Below the pieces are notes generated by a model. The model was given only the letters and a program-made list of their open reading frames with translations, had not been told where the DNA came from and searched no databases. 64,000 nucleotides of DNA from positions 296,091 to 360,090 of the forward strand of contig CAVTWW010000014.1 of the NCBI GenBank assembly GCA_963738495.1, read 5' to 3'. Shown piece after piece: positions 26,422-37,482 of this stretch. Positions within the stretch are counted from its first letter, which is position 1. Every line of letters begins with the position of its first letter. The stretch is from an uncultured Actinomycetota bacterium (GTDB lineage Bacteria > Actinomycetota > Actinomycetes > Actinomycetales > Kineosporiaceae). Both the position numbers and the translations under genes were made by a program.

Positions 26422-28521
26422 GTGGGACATGACCAGCAGCCAGAGCCTGGCGCCTTCGCCGGTGGTTCTGCCTGGGGTGATGGGGTGTCGGACCTGGTGG
26501 TCGCGGTCGCCCGGATCGGGCAGCTGGCGGCCTCGGCGTCAGATGCCTCGATGGCGACGTTGTCGGCGGCGCAGCAACGGGACCTGATGGCCGAGATGGT
26601 GCGGGCACGAGCCGCGACCGAGGCGGCGTACCTGCATGTGCTGTCCCAGTTCGACCGCTGCGACGGCGCGGTGCCGGGAGTGAGCCGCCGGGTCGGGTTC
26701 GTGTTCTTGACCCAGAAGATGAACTACGCCGCGGCAGCGGCCGCCGCCGACGTGGCCGCGGCCCGGCAGCTGGACCCGGCCGGTGCCGGCTTCGACCCGA
26801 CCCTGCTCACCGACACCGATCCCGACACCGACTCCGACATCGACTCCGGTCAGGCCACCTCCGCCGACGATGCCGCCACGGGCGCCGACGGCGACAGCCA
26901 GGTCGGCGACGGCGACGGCGACGGCCAGGTCTGCGACGGCGACGGCGACAGCCAGGACGGCGCCGGCAGGGAGGGTGTGAACGACCCGGACGGGGTCCAC
27001 GCCGCGGCCGACGACATCACCGGTGACGGCGCCGGCGGCGGGGTGTTCGGGTGGGGCGCATGGGCTGGGCTGGGTGAGGAGGGCCTGCCGCGGCTGGGGG
27101 CAGCGTTGGCGGCGGGCCTGGTGACCCGGGCCCATGTCGATGTCGCGGTCCGGTGCCTGGCCCGGGTCCCGGAACACCTGGCCAACCGGGTCGACGAGTT
27201 CGGGGTGTCGGGTCGGGTGAAGATCGACGTGTTCTTGACGCGGACGTCACGGCGGCATTCCCCGACCACCACCGACCGGATCGCGAAAGAGCTGCTGGCC
27301 GCGTTGGACCCCGACGGCCAGGACCGCTTCGACCCGCTCGCGTACAAGCGGCGGACCCTGTCCCTGGTGACCGACTCCACCGGCATGACCAGCCTGCGGG
27401 GCCTGCTCGACCCCGCCTCCGCAGCAGTGGTCCGGGCCGCCCTGGCGCACTACCTGTCCCTGACCGCCCACCACCCCGACCCCGGCGTCAGCCCCGACCC
27501 CGGGACCGGTGTCGGCGGGCAGGGGTGGGATGCCGGGCCGGGGCAGCAGGAGATCCCGATCCGTGACGACCGCTCGAAGGGCCAACGTCAGGCGGATGCG
27601 TTCACCGCGATGTGTGAGGCGGCCCTGCGGGTCCGTTACCCGTCCATGGCCGAAGGCGGAGCCGGCTGCCAGCCCGCCGCACCCTTGACCAAGGTCGTCA
27701 TCACCGCCACGCCACAACAGGCCACCGCCGCCCGCCGCACCACCCCCGGCCCCCTCGCCGACGACGGCATCCCCACCCGACCACCGGGCCGACACGACGA
27801 ATGGGCCCACCAGAGGGGCCACCACCGGCACCGACACGGCCCACCGGGCGATCGACCGGAAGACCCACCGGGCCGCCCACCGGAAGGTCTGCCGGAAGGT
27901 CTGCCGGAAGATCCACCGGAAGGTCCACCGGAAGGTCCACCGGAAGGTCTGCCGGAAGGTCCACTGGGTTCATCGGGTGGCCGGACGACAGGCCCGCCGG
28001 GCGATCACCGAGACCGGCCGTGGCGTGAGGCGCCGGGATTGGCGCACGAGACCGAGTCCGGGGACCCCATCACCGCCGGCCCACTGGGACGGCTACTGTG
28101 CGACGCCGACCTGCAGACCGTCGTCCTCGGACCCGACCGCGCCGTCCTCGACCTGGGCCGCACCCACAGGCTGGCGACCCCCGCCCAACGGACCGCACTC
28201 GTCGCCCGCGACCGCGGCTGCGTCGTGCCCGGCTGCGCCATGCCCCCCTCCGCGTGCGAGGCCCACCACGTCACCTGGTGGCGCAACGGCGGCCGCACCG
28301 ACATCGGCAACCTGGCCCTCGTCTGCGGACGACACCACACCCTCATCCACACCGGCGACTGGACCCTGCAGATGCGCGCAGGCGTTCCCTACGCCATCGC
28401 CCCCTCCTGGATCGACCCCACCCGCACCCCCCGCCGCAACACCCTCTTCGACGCAGAAACCGCCGCCCGCCGACTCGGCCAGACCATCGGCCGACAACAA
28501 CGACTCCCCCTCGACGACTGA
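26422..28521 (+). CDS. DUF222 + HNH endonuclease protein (REP13E12-like)
   Basis: C-terminal HNH motif CVVPGCAMPPSACEAHHVTWWRNGGRTDIGNLALVCGRHHTLIH. The N-terminal DUF222-like region is …AQQRDLMAEMVRARAATEAAYLHVLSQFDR. Two internal tandem-repeat arrays sit at 26884-26960 (GDGDGD/SQV) and 27878-27965 (PPEGLPEG x7). Confidence 0.85.
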   Translation: MGHDQQPEPGAFAGGSAWGDGVSDLVVAVARIGQLAASASDASMATLSAAQQRDLMAEMVRARAATEAAYLHVLSQFDRCDGAVPGVSRRVGFVFLTQKMNYAAAAAAADVAAARQLDPAGAGFDPTLLTDTDPDTDSDIDSGQATSADDAATGADGDSQVGDGDGDGQVCDGDGDSQDGAGREGVNDPDGVHAAADDITGDGAGGGVFGWGAWAGLGEEGLPRLGAALAAGLVTRAHVDVAVRCLARVPEHLANRVDEFGVSGRVKIDVFLTRTSRRHSPTTTDRIAKELLAALDPDGQDRFDPLAYKRRTLSLVTDSTGMTSLRGLLDPASAAVVRAALAHYLSLTAHHPDPGVSPDPGTGVGGQGWDAGPGQQEIPIRDDRSKGQRQADAFTAMCEAALRVRYPSMAEGGAGCQPAAPLTKVVITATPQQATAARRTTPGPLADDGIPTRPPGRHDEWAHQRGHHRHRHGPPGDRPEDPPGRPPEGLPEGLPEDPPEGPPEGPPEGLPEGPLGSSGGRTTGPPGDHRDRPWREAPGLAHETESGDPITAGPLGRLLCDADLQTVVLGPDRAVLDLGRTHRLATPAQRTALVARDRGCVVPGCAMPPSACEAHHVTWWRNGGRTDIGNLALVCGRHHTLIHTGDWTLQMRAGVPYAIAPSWIDPTRTPRRNTLFDAETAARRLGQTIGRQQRLPLDD

Positions 28522-28525
28522 GCGC

Positions 28526-30145
<1,620 letters not shown>

Positions 30146-30159
30146 GCTGGGTTCCAGCT

Positions 30160-30197
30160 GTTGCCGTCAGGTTCCCGTCATGTTGCGAACGTGTTAC
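30160..30197 (-). promoter_or_regulatory. Double GlnR box upstream of amt-glnK
   Basis: On the gene strand: GTAAC-acgttc-GCAAC-atgacg-GGAAC-ctgacg-GCAAC, four 5-mers each spaced by exactly 6 nt. It lies 15-52 nt upstream of the amt start codon. Confidence 0.6.
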
Positions 30198-30207
30198 GCC
30201 TTCCGCC

Positions 30208-30923
30208 CTACCCCGCGGCCTCCCGGATGAGCGGCGGGTTGAGGGCCGCGACCGGCCCGCTGCGATACAGGGCAGCCGGGCGGCCCGGACCGTCGACGAC
30301 CGAGCTGCCGGTCTCGACCAGGAACCCGGAGGTGCCGGTCACCTTGCGGTGGAAGTTGCGCGGGTCGAGGACGACGTCCCACACCACCTCGTAGATGCGC
30401 CGCAGCTGCGAGACCGTGAACTCCGGCGGGCAGAAGGCGGTGGCGAGCGAGGTGTACTCCAGCTTGGCCCGAGCCCGCTCGAGGCCGTCGGTGAGGATCC
30501 GTCTATGGTCGAACGCCAACCTGTCGGCCGACGCCGTGCGGACCGGTACCCAGGCGGCCGCAGCCACCCCCGTCTCCGGTCGGGCTCCGGGTCGGGGTCG
30601 GGCAGCTGGGGTGCCAGCGCCAGGTAGGCGACCGAGACCACCCGCATCCGCGGGTCACGGCCCGGGGCGCCGTAGCTGGCGAGCTGTTCGAGGTGTCCGG
30701 GGATCCGCCGCAGTCCCGTCTCCTGCGCAAGCCTGCGGCGGGCCGCGGCCGGCAGGTCTTCCTGCGGGCCGACGAACCCACCGGGCAACGCCCGCCGTCC
30801 CGCGAACGGCTCGTCGGCGCGGTCGACCAGCAGCACCTGCAGCTCGTCGTCGCGCACCGTCAGGGCCACCAGGTCGACGGTCACCGCGAACGACGGGTAG
30901 TCCGCCGGGTCGTAGCCAGTCAT
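30208..30923 (-). pseudogene. NrtR-like Nudix hydrolase / transcriptional regulator (N-terminal Nudix plus C-terminal winged helix) with one frameshift
   Basis: The Nudix box [24 protein letters not shown] is in ORF 30339..30992 (start ATG at 30923, MTGYDP…). The C-terminal segment …[33 protein letters not shown] (NrtR wHTH signature) is in ORF 30208..30567. Confidence 0.65.
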
Positions 30924-31018
30924 GACGGTCACTATAGCGTCATGTTGACGATAATCCATCGACCTGATTAGAGTCACTATGACGATAACCAAGCGAGACC
31001 ACCGACGAGGAGGGCCCG
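30924..31018. promoter_or_regulatory. Divergent intergenic region with TGAC/GTCA palindromes; candidate NrtR operators
   Basis: cgtcaTGTtgacg at 30938-30950 and gtcaCTAtgac at 30973-30983, plus the repeated word gtcactat…gacgataa. The region is AT-rich relative to the genome and sits between the NrtR-like gene (-) and the SPFH gene (+). Confidence 0.35.
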
Positions 31019-31990
31019 ATGGCCACCATCCGCAGGATCGGCCGGGTACGGCACCTGAGCACCACCCCCACCCGACACGTGGTGCACCTGAGCCGCGGCA
31101 GCATGCGTCACAGCGGCGTCGGGCTGTCGTTCTGGTTCGACCCCTGGACGTCGGTCGTCAGCGAGGTGCCCGTCGACGACCGCGAGCTGTCGTTGGTGGT
31201 CCGGGCCCGCACCGCCGACCTGCAGGACGTCACGGCCCAGGTCACCGTCAGCTACCGCTTCAGCGAGCCCACGGACGTCGTGCGGCGCATCGACTTCGCC
31301 GTCGACCCCGACACCGGCAGCTGGACCGGCGACCCGCTCGAACAGGTCGCGCAGCTGCTCGGCGAGCTGGCGAGCGGCCACGTGATGGACGCGATGGCCG
31401 CCCTCACCCTGCGCGAGGCGGTCTCGTCCGGCGGCCGCAGCCTGCGCGAGGCGATCGCCGCCGGGCTGGCGTCGGACCAGCGACTCGCGTCGTCCGGCAT
31501 CTCGGTGCTGGGCGCCCGGGTGCGTCGCGTGCGCGGCGGACGCCGACATGGAGCGGGTCCTGCAGACCCCGGCCCGCGAGGTGGCCCAGACCGAGGCCGA
31601 CCGGTCCACGTTCGAGCGTCGGGCGTTGGCCGTCGACCGCGAGCGGGCCATCGCCGAGAACGAGCTGGCCAACCGGATCGAGCTCGCCGTGCGCGAGCAG
31701 CACCTGGTCAGCCAGGAGGGCGCCAACGCCCGTACCCGCGCCGAGGAGGCCGCCGCCGCCGCGATGATCGAGGCGAACGCCGACCTGCAGCGCTCCCGCC
31801 TGCTCACCGAGGCCAACGCCCGCGGATACGTGAGGTCGGGGAGGCCGAGGCCGCCGCCGAGGCCGCCAAGGTCGCCGTCTACGCCGAGGTCGAGCGCAGC
31901 GTGCTGCCCGCCATGGTCGCCCGCGAGCTGGCCGGGGCCCTGCCCGAGATCTCGAACCTCACCATCACCCCGGACCTGCTGACCGGCGCC
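31019..31990 (+). pseudogene. SPFH/band-7 domain protein with about 2 frameshifts; the 3' boundary is approximate
   Basis: ATG at 31019 is preceded by GGAGGG. The N-terminus [81 protein letters not shown]… continues in frame 31548..31982 (coiled-coil-like ERRALAVDRERAIAENELANRIELAVREQ…) and then returns to the first frame. Confidence 0.6.
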
Positions 31991-32029
31991 CTGCGCGGCA
32001 CTGGCCGCCGGAACGTCCGGCCGGCCGTG

Positions 32030-32983
32030 AGCTCGGCGCCGCAGCGGGCCGTCGTCGTCCACCGCCGTACCGAGCTCGAGTCCCTGCTCGAGCGGCACGG
32101 CACCCGCGGGCAGGCGGAGTTCTTCCTGACCGGCCGCGGGCGCACCCTGGCCGAGGTGCAGGACCGGCACGACCGCCGCGCAGCAGGCGCTGCGCGAGGT
32201 CCGTGCCGGCGGTACCGGCCCAGTGGCGGATCGGCGACGCCGAGCGGGACGACCTGCACCGCTTCGGCTTCGAACCCGACGACGTATGCGTGGTCGTCGG
32301 CCAGGACGGCCTCGTCGCCAACGTCGCCAAGTACCTCGACGGCCAACCCGTCATCGGCGTCGACCCGGAACCGGGGCACGGCCCGGGCTCTGGTCGGGCA
32401 CCACGACGTCGGCCTCGCCGAGCTGCTGACGGGCGCGGCGGCAGGGACCGCGCCCGTCCAGCCGCGAGTCATGGTCAGGGCGGTGCTGGACGACGGGCAG
32501 CAGCTGGACGCGCTCAACGAGGTGTACCTGGGCGACCACGGTCACCAGTCCGCCCGCTACCGGGTGCTCCCGCCGGGGGGTGAGCAGGGCGAGCGACAGT
32601 CGTCGTCCGGCCTGATCGTCGCCACCGGCACCGGCTCGACCGGCTGGGCGGCCTCGCTGGCCCGCCAGTGCACTCCCCCACCGCCGCTGCCCGGGCCCAC
32701 GCAGGAATGGCTGTCGTGGTTCGTCCGCGAGGCCTGGCCCTCACCGACGACCGGCACCACCCAGGTGCGGGGCACCCTCGGTCCGGACGACGAGCTGACC
32801 GTGGTGGTCGAGTCGGACGCCCTGGTGGTGTTCGGCGACGGGCTCGAGACCGACAGGCTCACGGCCACCTGGGGCCAGCAGGTCAGCCTTGCGGTCTCGC
32901 CCCGCACCCTGCTTCTGGTGGACCCTGCTTCTGGTGGACCCTGCGAGCCGGCCCGGCAAACCGCCTGCAACCTGACCGCGTAG
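32030..32983 (+). pseudogene. NAD kinase / diacylglycerol-kinase-family (PpnK-like) protein with about 2 frameshifts; approximate start
   Basis: Segments …DDVCVVVGQDGLVANVAKYLDGQPVIGVDPEPG (GGDG-type motif) in frame 32203..32583, and …SSGLIVATGTGSTGWAASL (the NAD kinase …TPTGSTAYS… motif) in frame 31019..32983. Confidence 0.5.
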
Positions 32984-33021
32984 TGATCGTTGGGCTGGCC
33001 GGGGATCAGCTCGGCGCCGGA

Positions 33022-33336
33022 TCAGCTCGGCGCCGGGTCGGTACGGGTGAGCTCGGCGCGCAGGGCGCGATAGGTCTCGATGTCGATCTCGCCGCGGGCC
33101 AGGCGCTCCTCCAGGATCCCCAGCGCCGTGGCGCTCGGTCCAGCCGCGCCGGGAGCGCCCCAACCGGCCCCCGGTGCCCCCGGATGACGACCCGGCCCAT
33201 GACCCCAGCCACCGCCGCGGCGGGCGAACCGCGCCACGACTGCCGCGATCACCAGCACCCCGACGAGCAGAAGCAGGAACGAGAGCAGTCCCATGAACAG
33301 GAACAGGCCGTCGCCGCCGTAGCCGTAGCCGTGCAT
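33022..33336 (-). CDS. SHOCT-domain small membrane protein
   Basis: ATG at 33336 (MHGYGYGGDGLFLFMGLLSFLLLLVGVLVIAAVV…). The C-terminus ALGILEERLARGEIDIETYRALRAEL is the SHOCT signature. A 16-bp direct repeat ggatcagctcggcgcc x2 lies at the 3' end (33008-33050). Confidence 0.65.
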   Translation of the reverse strand: MHGYGYGGDGLFLFMGLLSFLLLLVGVLVIAAVVARFARRGGGWGHGPGRHPGAPGAGWGAPGAAGPSATALGILEERLARGEIDIETYRALRAELTRTDPAPS

Positions 33337-33418
33337 CACGCCACCACCTCGTCGCAGCCCGGGAGCCTCCCGGGGCACACCTGCAGTCTGCTCCCTCGGC
33401 CTGGGAGATCGCCGACCT

Positions 33419-34479
33419 TCAGCTGCGAGCCGCTGACGCGCCGTCCACCAGCACGCAGGCCACGCTGCGCCGTCGTCCCGGCTCAGCGCCGACCTCGACC
33501 ACCGTCGGCTCGCCGCCGACCTCGACCAACAGCGGGTCGACGTCGGCGCACCGGTCCTGCGCCACCGGGCAGCGGGGGTGGAACCGGCACCCCGACGGCA
33601 CCGCCGACGGGTCGGGCGCCTCGCCCTTGGGCATCAGCGACAGGTCGCGCCGACCACCGTCGCTGCGGGGCACGGCCGCCACCAGGGCCTTGGTGTACGG
33701 GTGCCGCGGGTCGCCGACGACGACCCGCGCGGGCCCCTGCTCGACGATCCGGCCGAGATACATCACCGCGATCCGGTCGGCGTAGCGCGGCCGCGGTCGA
33801 CAGGTCGTGGGTGATCATCAGGATGCCCATGCCGTCCCGGCGCAGCTCGGCCAGCAGCTCGAGCACCCCGGCCCGCACCGACGTGTCGAGCATCGAGACC
33901 GGCTCGTCGGCCACCAGCAGCGCGGGCTGCAGCACCAGCGCGGCCGCGATCGCCACCCGCTGCCGCTGGCCGCCGGACAGCTCGTGCGGGTGCCGGTCGA
34001 GGTAGCGGTCGGCCGGGGTCCAGCCCGACCCGCTCGAGCGCCGCCCGGGCCAGCGCCTCGTGGTCGCCGGCCACCGCATGCACCACGCAACGGCTCGATC
34101 ACGGTGCGCCGCACCGTGAACCGCGGGTCCAGCGACTCGTAGGGGTCCTGGAAGATCATCTGCACCCGACGGCGCAGCCGGCGGGCCTGCCTCGGCGCGG
34201 CATCGCCGCCAGGTCCTGCCCGGCCGAGCCGGATCGACCCGCCGGACGGCGGCACCAGACCGACGGTCGCCAACGCCGTGGTGGTCTTGCCGCACCGGAC
34301 TCGCCGACCAGCGCCACCAGCTCGCCGGCGGCCGACCTGCAGCCGGATGCCGTCCACCGGCCCGCACCGCCGGCTGCCGGGCCACGGCGGCGAGCAGGCC
34401 TCGCCGCCGGAACGACCACCGCAGGCCGCGGACATCCAGCAGCGGCCAGGTCGTCGATGTCGAGCAGCGGAACCGTCAC
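33419..34479 (-). pseudogene. Peptide/nickel ABC transporter ATP-binding protein (DppF/OppF-like) with at least 3 frameshifts
   Basis: GTG at 34479 ([13 protein letters not shown]…) is preceded by GGGGAG. Walker B/D-loop [11 protein letters not shown] and the C-terminal oligopeptide-ABC C-domain …[15 protein letters not shown] are spread over ORFs 33419..33766, 33483..34385, 33763..34086 and 33818..34693. Confidence 0.6.
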
Positions 34480-35464
34480 GGCCGGCTCCCCGGGGCGAAG
34501 GCAGCGCGCCGATGCGGCCGAGCCCGACCGCACCAGCCCCGGTGCGCCGGCGGTGCAGCGCGGTCCTGGACGACGTCGCAGCGCGGCGCGAACGCACACC
34601 CGATGAACGGCAGGTCGAGCCGCGGCGGGGCACCCGGGATCGACACGCATCGGGTCGCTCGCCGTCGATCTCCGGCGTGGCGGCGAACAGCATCCGGGTG
34701 TACGGGTGCTGCGGGTCGCCGACCAGCCTGTGCCGCCGGCCCGAGCTCGGCCACCTGCCCGGCGTACATCACCGCGGTGCGGTGGCACAGCCCGGAGACC
34801 AGCGGCAGGTCGTGGGTGACCAGCACGCACGGCCAGGCCCGAGCTGCGTCGGACAGCCGGGCCAGCAGGTCCAGCACCTGGGCCTGGACGATCACGTCCA
34901 GCGCGGTGGTCGGCTCGTCGGCGAGCAGCAGCTTGGGCTCGCAGGCCAGCGCCATCGCGATCGCCGCCCGCTGCCGCTGCCCGCCGGACAGCTCGTGCGG
35001 GTAGCTGTCGTAGCGCGGCCGACCGGGATGCCGACCAGCTCGAGCAGCTCGCGGGCCCGGGCCTTGGCGGCCCGCCCCGGTGGGTGCCGTGGAACTCCAT
35101 CGGCTCGACGATCTGCGTCGCCGACCCGGTGCACCGGGCTGAAGGCGTTCATCGCGCCCTGGAACACCATCGCGACGTCCCGCCAGCGGTGCGGGCGCGA
35201 CGACTCCTCGCCGGCACCAGCAGGTCGGCGCCGTCCAGCACGACCCGGCCGGACAGCTCGGCGTTCGGCGGCAGCAGCCCCATCAGGGCGAGCAGCGCCG
35301 TGGTCTTGCCGCAGCCCGGACTCGCCGACCAGGCCGATCCGCTCGCCGGCGCGCAGGGTCGAACGAGACGTCCCGGACGGCGTGCGCCTCGCCGTCCGGG
35401 CACGTCGAACCAGACGTTCAGGTCGGTCACGCTCGAGCAGCGGGGACGGGCTGGGCTCAGTCAC
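34476..35464 (-). pseudogene. Peptide ABC transporter ATP-binding protein (DppD/OppD-like) with at least 3 frameshifts; boundaries approximate
   Basis: Fragments MTEPSPSPLLE…/VTDLNVWFDVP…GCGKTT…/[23 protein letters not shown]…VLVTHDL…/…GCAFAPRC lie in ORFs 34892..35464, 35149..35430, 34476..34955 and 34156..35100. Confidence 0.55.
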
Positions 35465-35467
35465 GCG

Positions 35468-36430
35468 TCAGGTCACGCCCGCTTCGGCCGCACCCGGAAC
35501 CGGCGGTAGGACAGGTGGCCGACCCGCAGCCGCGGGTTGAGGCTCCTCCTCGACGGTCTGGCCCACCAGGGTGAAGCCGATCACGACCAGGGTGACGCAG
35601 AGACCCGGGCGGCACGATCGCCCACCACGCGCCGTTGGTCTGCGCGCTGGCCGAGAACGCGTCCTGCAGGATCGAGCCCCACGAGATCGCCTCCGGGTCG
35701 CCCGAGCCCGAGGAAGGTCACGAAGGTCTCGGCGTAGATGCCCGAGCGCGATCTGCAGCACGGTGTTGGCGATCAGCAGCGGCACGATCTGCGGCACCAC
35801 GTGGCTGAGCAGCACCCGCAGGTGGCCGGCCCCGATCGCCCGGGCCCGGCGCACGAACACCCGCTCCTTGATGCTGCGGGTCTGGGCCCGGATCAGCCGG
35901 GCCGTGGAGGCCCAGTAGATCAGCGCGATGATCAGCACGATGTTGCGCAGCGAGCGGCCGAACAGCGCCGCCATCACCACCATCAGCGGCACGTCGGGGA
36001 TCACCAGGAAGTAGTCGGCGACCCGCATCAGCACCGAGTCGGTGCGCCCGCCGAAGTAGCCGGTGAGCACGCCGACCGTGCCGCCGATGACCATCGCCAC
36101 CAAGGCCGAGGCGAAGCCCGACGATCAGCGAGACCCTGGCGCCCTGAGCAGCAGCGAGAACACGTCGACGCCGGCGTCGTCGGTGCCCAGCAGGTGCCCG
36201 CCGCCGGGCGGGGCGAAGACTTGCCGCTGGTCGGCGTGGTCGGGAACGGCGCCAGCACACTGCCGAACAGGGCGACCAGCACGAACACGGCGAGGATGGC
36301 GAGCCCGACCCGGGCCGACCACGAGCGCAGCATCGCCCGCACCACCCCGGACGCCGCCGCGACGGGCGCCGGGTCGGCGGCCGCCCCGGCCCGCCGCGTC
36401 GACGCCGGCGGGGTTCGACGAGGCGGTCAT
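35468..36430 (-). pseudogene. ABC peptide transporter permease (DppC/OppC-like), frameshifted; boundaries approximate
   Basis: ORF 35468..36103 carries the EAA-type permease core (…YWASTARLIRAQTRSIKERVFVRRARAIGAGHLRVLLSHVVPQIVPLL…). The N-terminus MTASSNPAGVDAAG…/MVRAMLRSWSARVGLAILAVFVLV… is in other frames. Confidence 0.55.
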
Positions 36431-36439
36431 GACGACCGT

Positions 36440-37429
36440 CACCCGCGGGTCGATCTTCGGGTAGAGCAGGTCGGCGATCAGGTTGGCGCTGACCACCGCA
36501 GACGGTGAGCAGCAGGAAGGCGCCCTGCAGCATCGGGTAGTCGCGCTGGTCGATCGCCTCGACGACGGCCAGCCCGATGCCCGGGTAGGAGAACACGTAC
36601 TCCACCACCAGCACGCCGCCGACCACGGTGCCCAGCGACAGCGCGATCAGGGTGGCGATCGGCAGCATGGCGTTGCGCAGCGCGTGCCGGCGGATGATCC
36701 GCCCCGGCCGGGCAGGCCCTTGGCCCGAGCGGTCAGCACGTAGTCCTCGCCGAGCGTCTCGACCAGCGCGGAGCGGGTGATGATCGCGTAGTCGCCGGCG
36801 AAGACGATCCCGATCGCCAGCGCCGGCAGGATCATGTGCTTGACCTGGTCGACCGCCAGGGTCCAGCCCGAGACGCTGCCCCAGCAGCTGCGCCACCTCC
36901 AGGTCGGGGTCCCGGACGCCGGAGCTGGGCAGCCCGAGCCAGCCGGCCAGGTAGAGCACGAACAGCAGCGCCAGCCACTGGGTCGGCATCGCGTAGGCGG
37001 CCAGCGCGGTCCCGGTGGCGGCCCGGTCGAGCAGCGAGCCCACGCCGCCAGGCGGCCACCACCCCGATGCCGCATCCCGATCACGATCGAGAAGATCGTG
37101 CCGAGCAGGATCATCGGCACCGTGCGCTTGATCGGCTCCCAGAGCGTCGTGCGGACCGGCGGGTACGGCGCGCGCAGCGAGCTGCCCGAGGTCGCCGTGG
37201 GCGAGCCCCTCAGGTAGAGGCCGTACTGGGCGGCTACGGCTGGTCCAGACCGAGCTCGCGCGCCTGCTGCCTGCTTGAACTCGACCGTGCAGGTGCCGGC
37301 AGCGCAGGCCCGAGACGGCGTCGCCGGGCAGGGCCCGGAACAGCACGAAGTTCGCCGTGATCGCGACCAGGACGTGATCGCCAGCGCGAACAGCACCCGC
37401 TTGACGAGATCGGGTCGCATCCGGCTCAT
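36440..37429 (-). pseudogene. ABC peptide transporter permease (DppB/OppB-like), frameshifted; boundaries approximate
   Basis: ATG at 37429/37420 (MSRMRPDLVKRVLFALAITS…). The C-terminal segment …YVFSYPGIGLAVVEAIDQRDYPMLQGAFLLLTV… is in ORF 35718..37346. Confidence 0.55.
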
Positions 37430-37482
37430 CGTCCGGCCGCTGGGCTGTGCGGCGTCCGGGACGCCGGCGGTCTCGCCCGGCA

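Noticed and set aside
27878-27965. Possible CRISPR array or other regularly spaced repeats (also 41601-41703 and 23426-23515)
   Set aside because: The repeats are contiguous with no unique spacers. Units are 12-18 bp (far shorter than CRISPR repeats) and lie in-frame inside protein-coding genes. No cas genes are present.
26422-28521. HNH/DUF222 gene as a mobile element (IS or homing endonuclease cassette)
   Set aside because: I see no transposase, inverted terminal repeats, intein or group-I/II intron context. It is treated as an ordinary, if selfish-looking, chromosomal gene unless multi-copy flanks are found.
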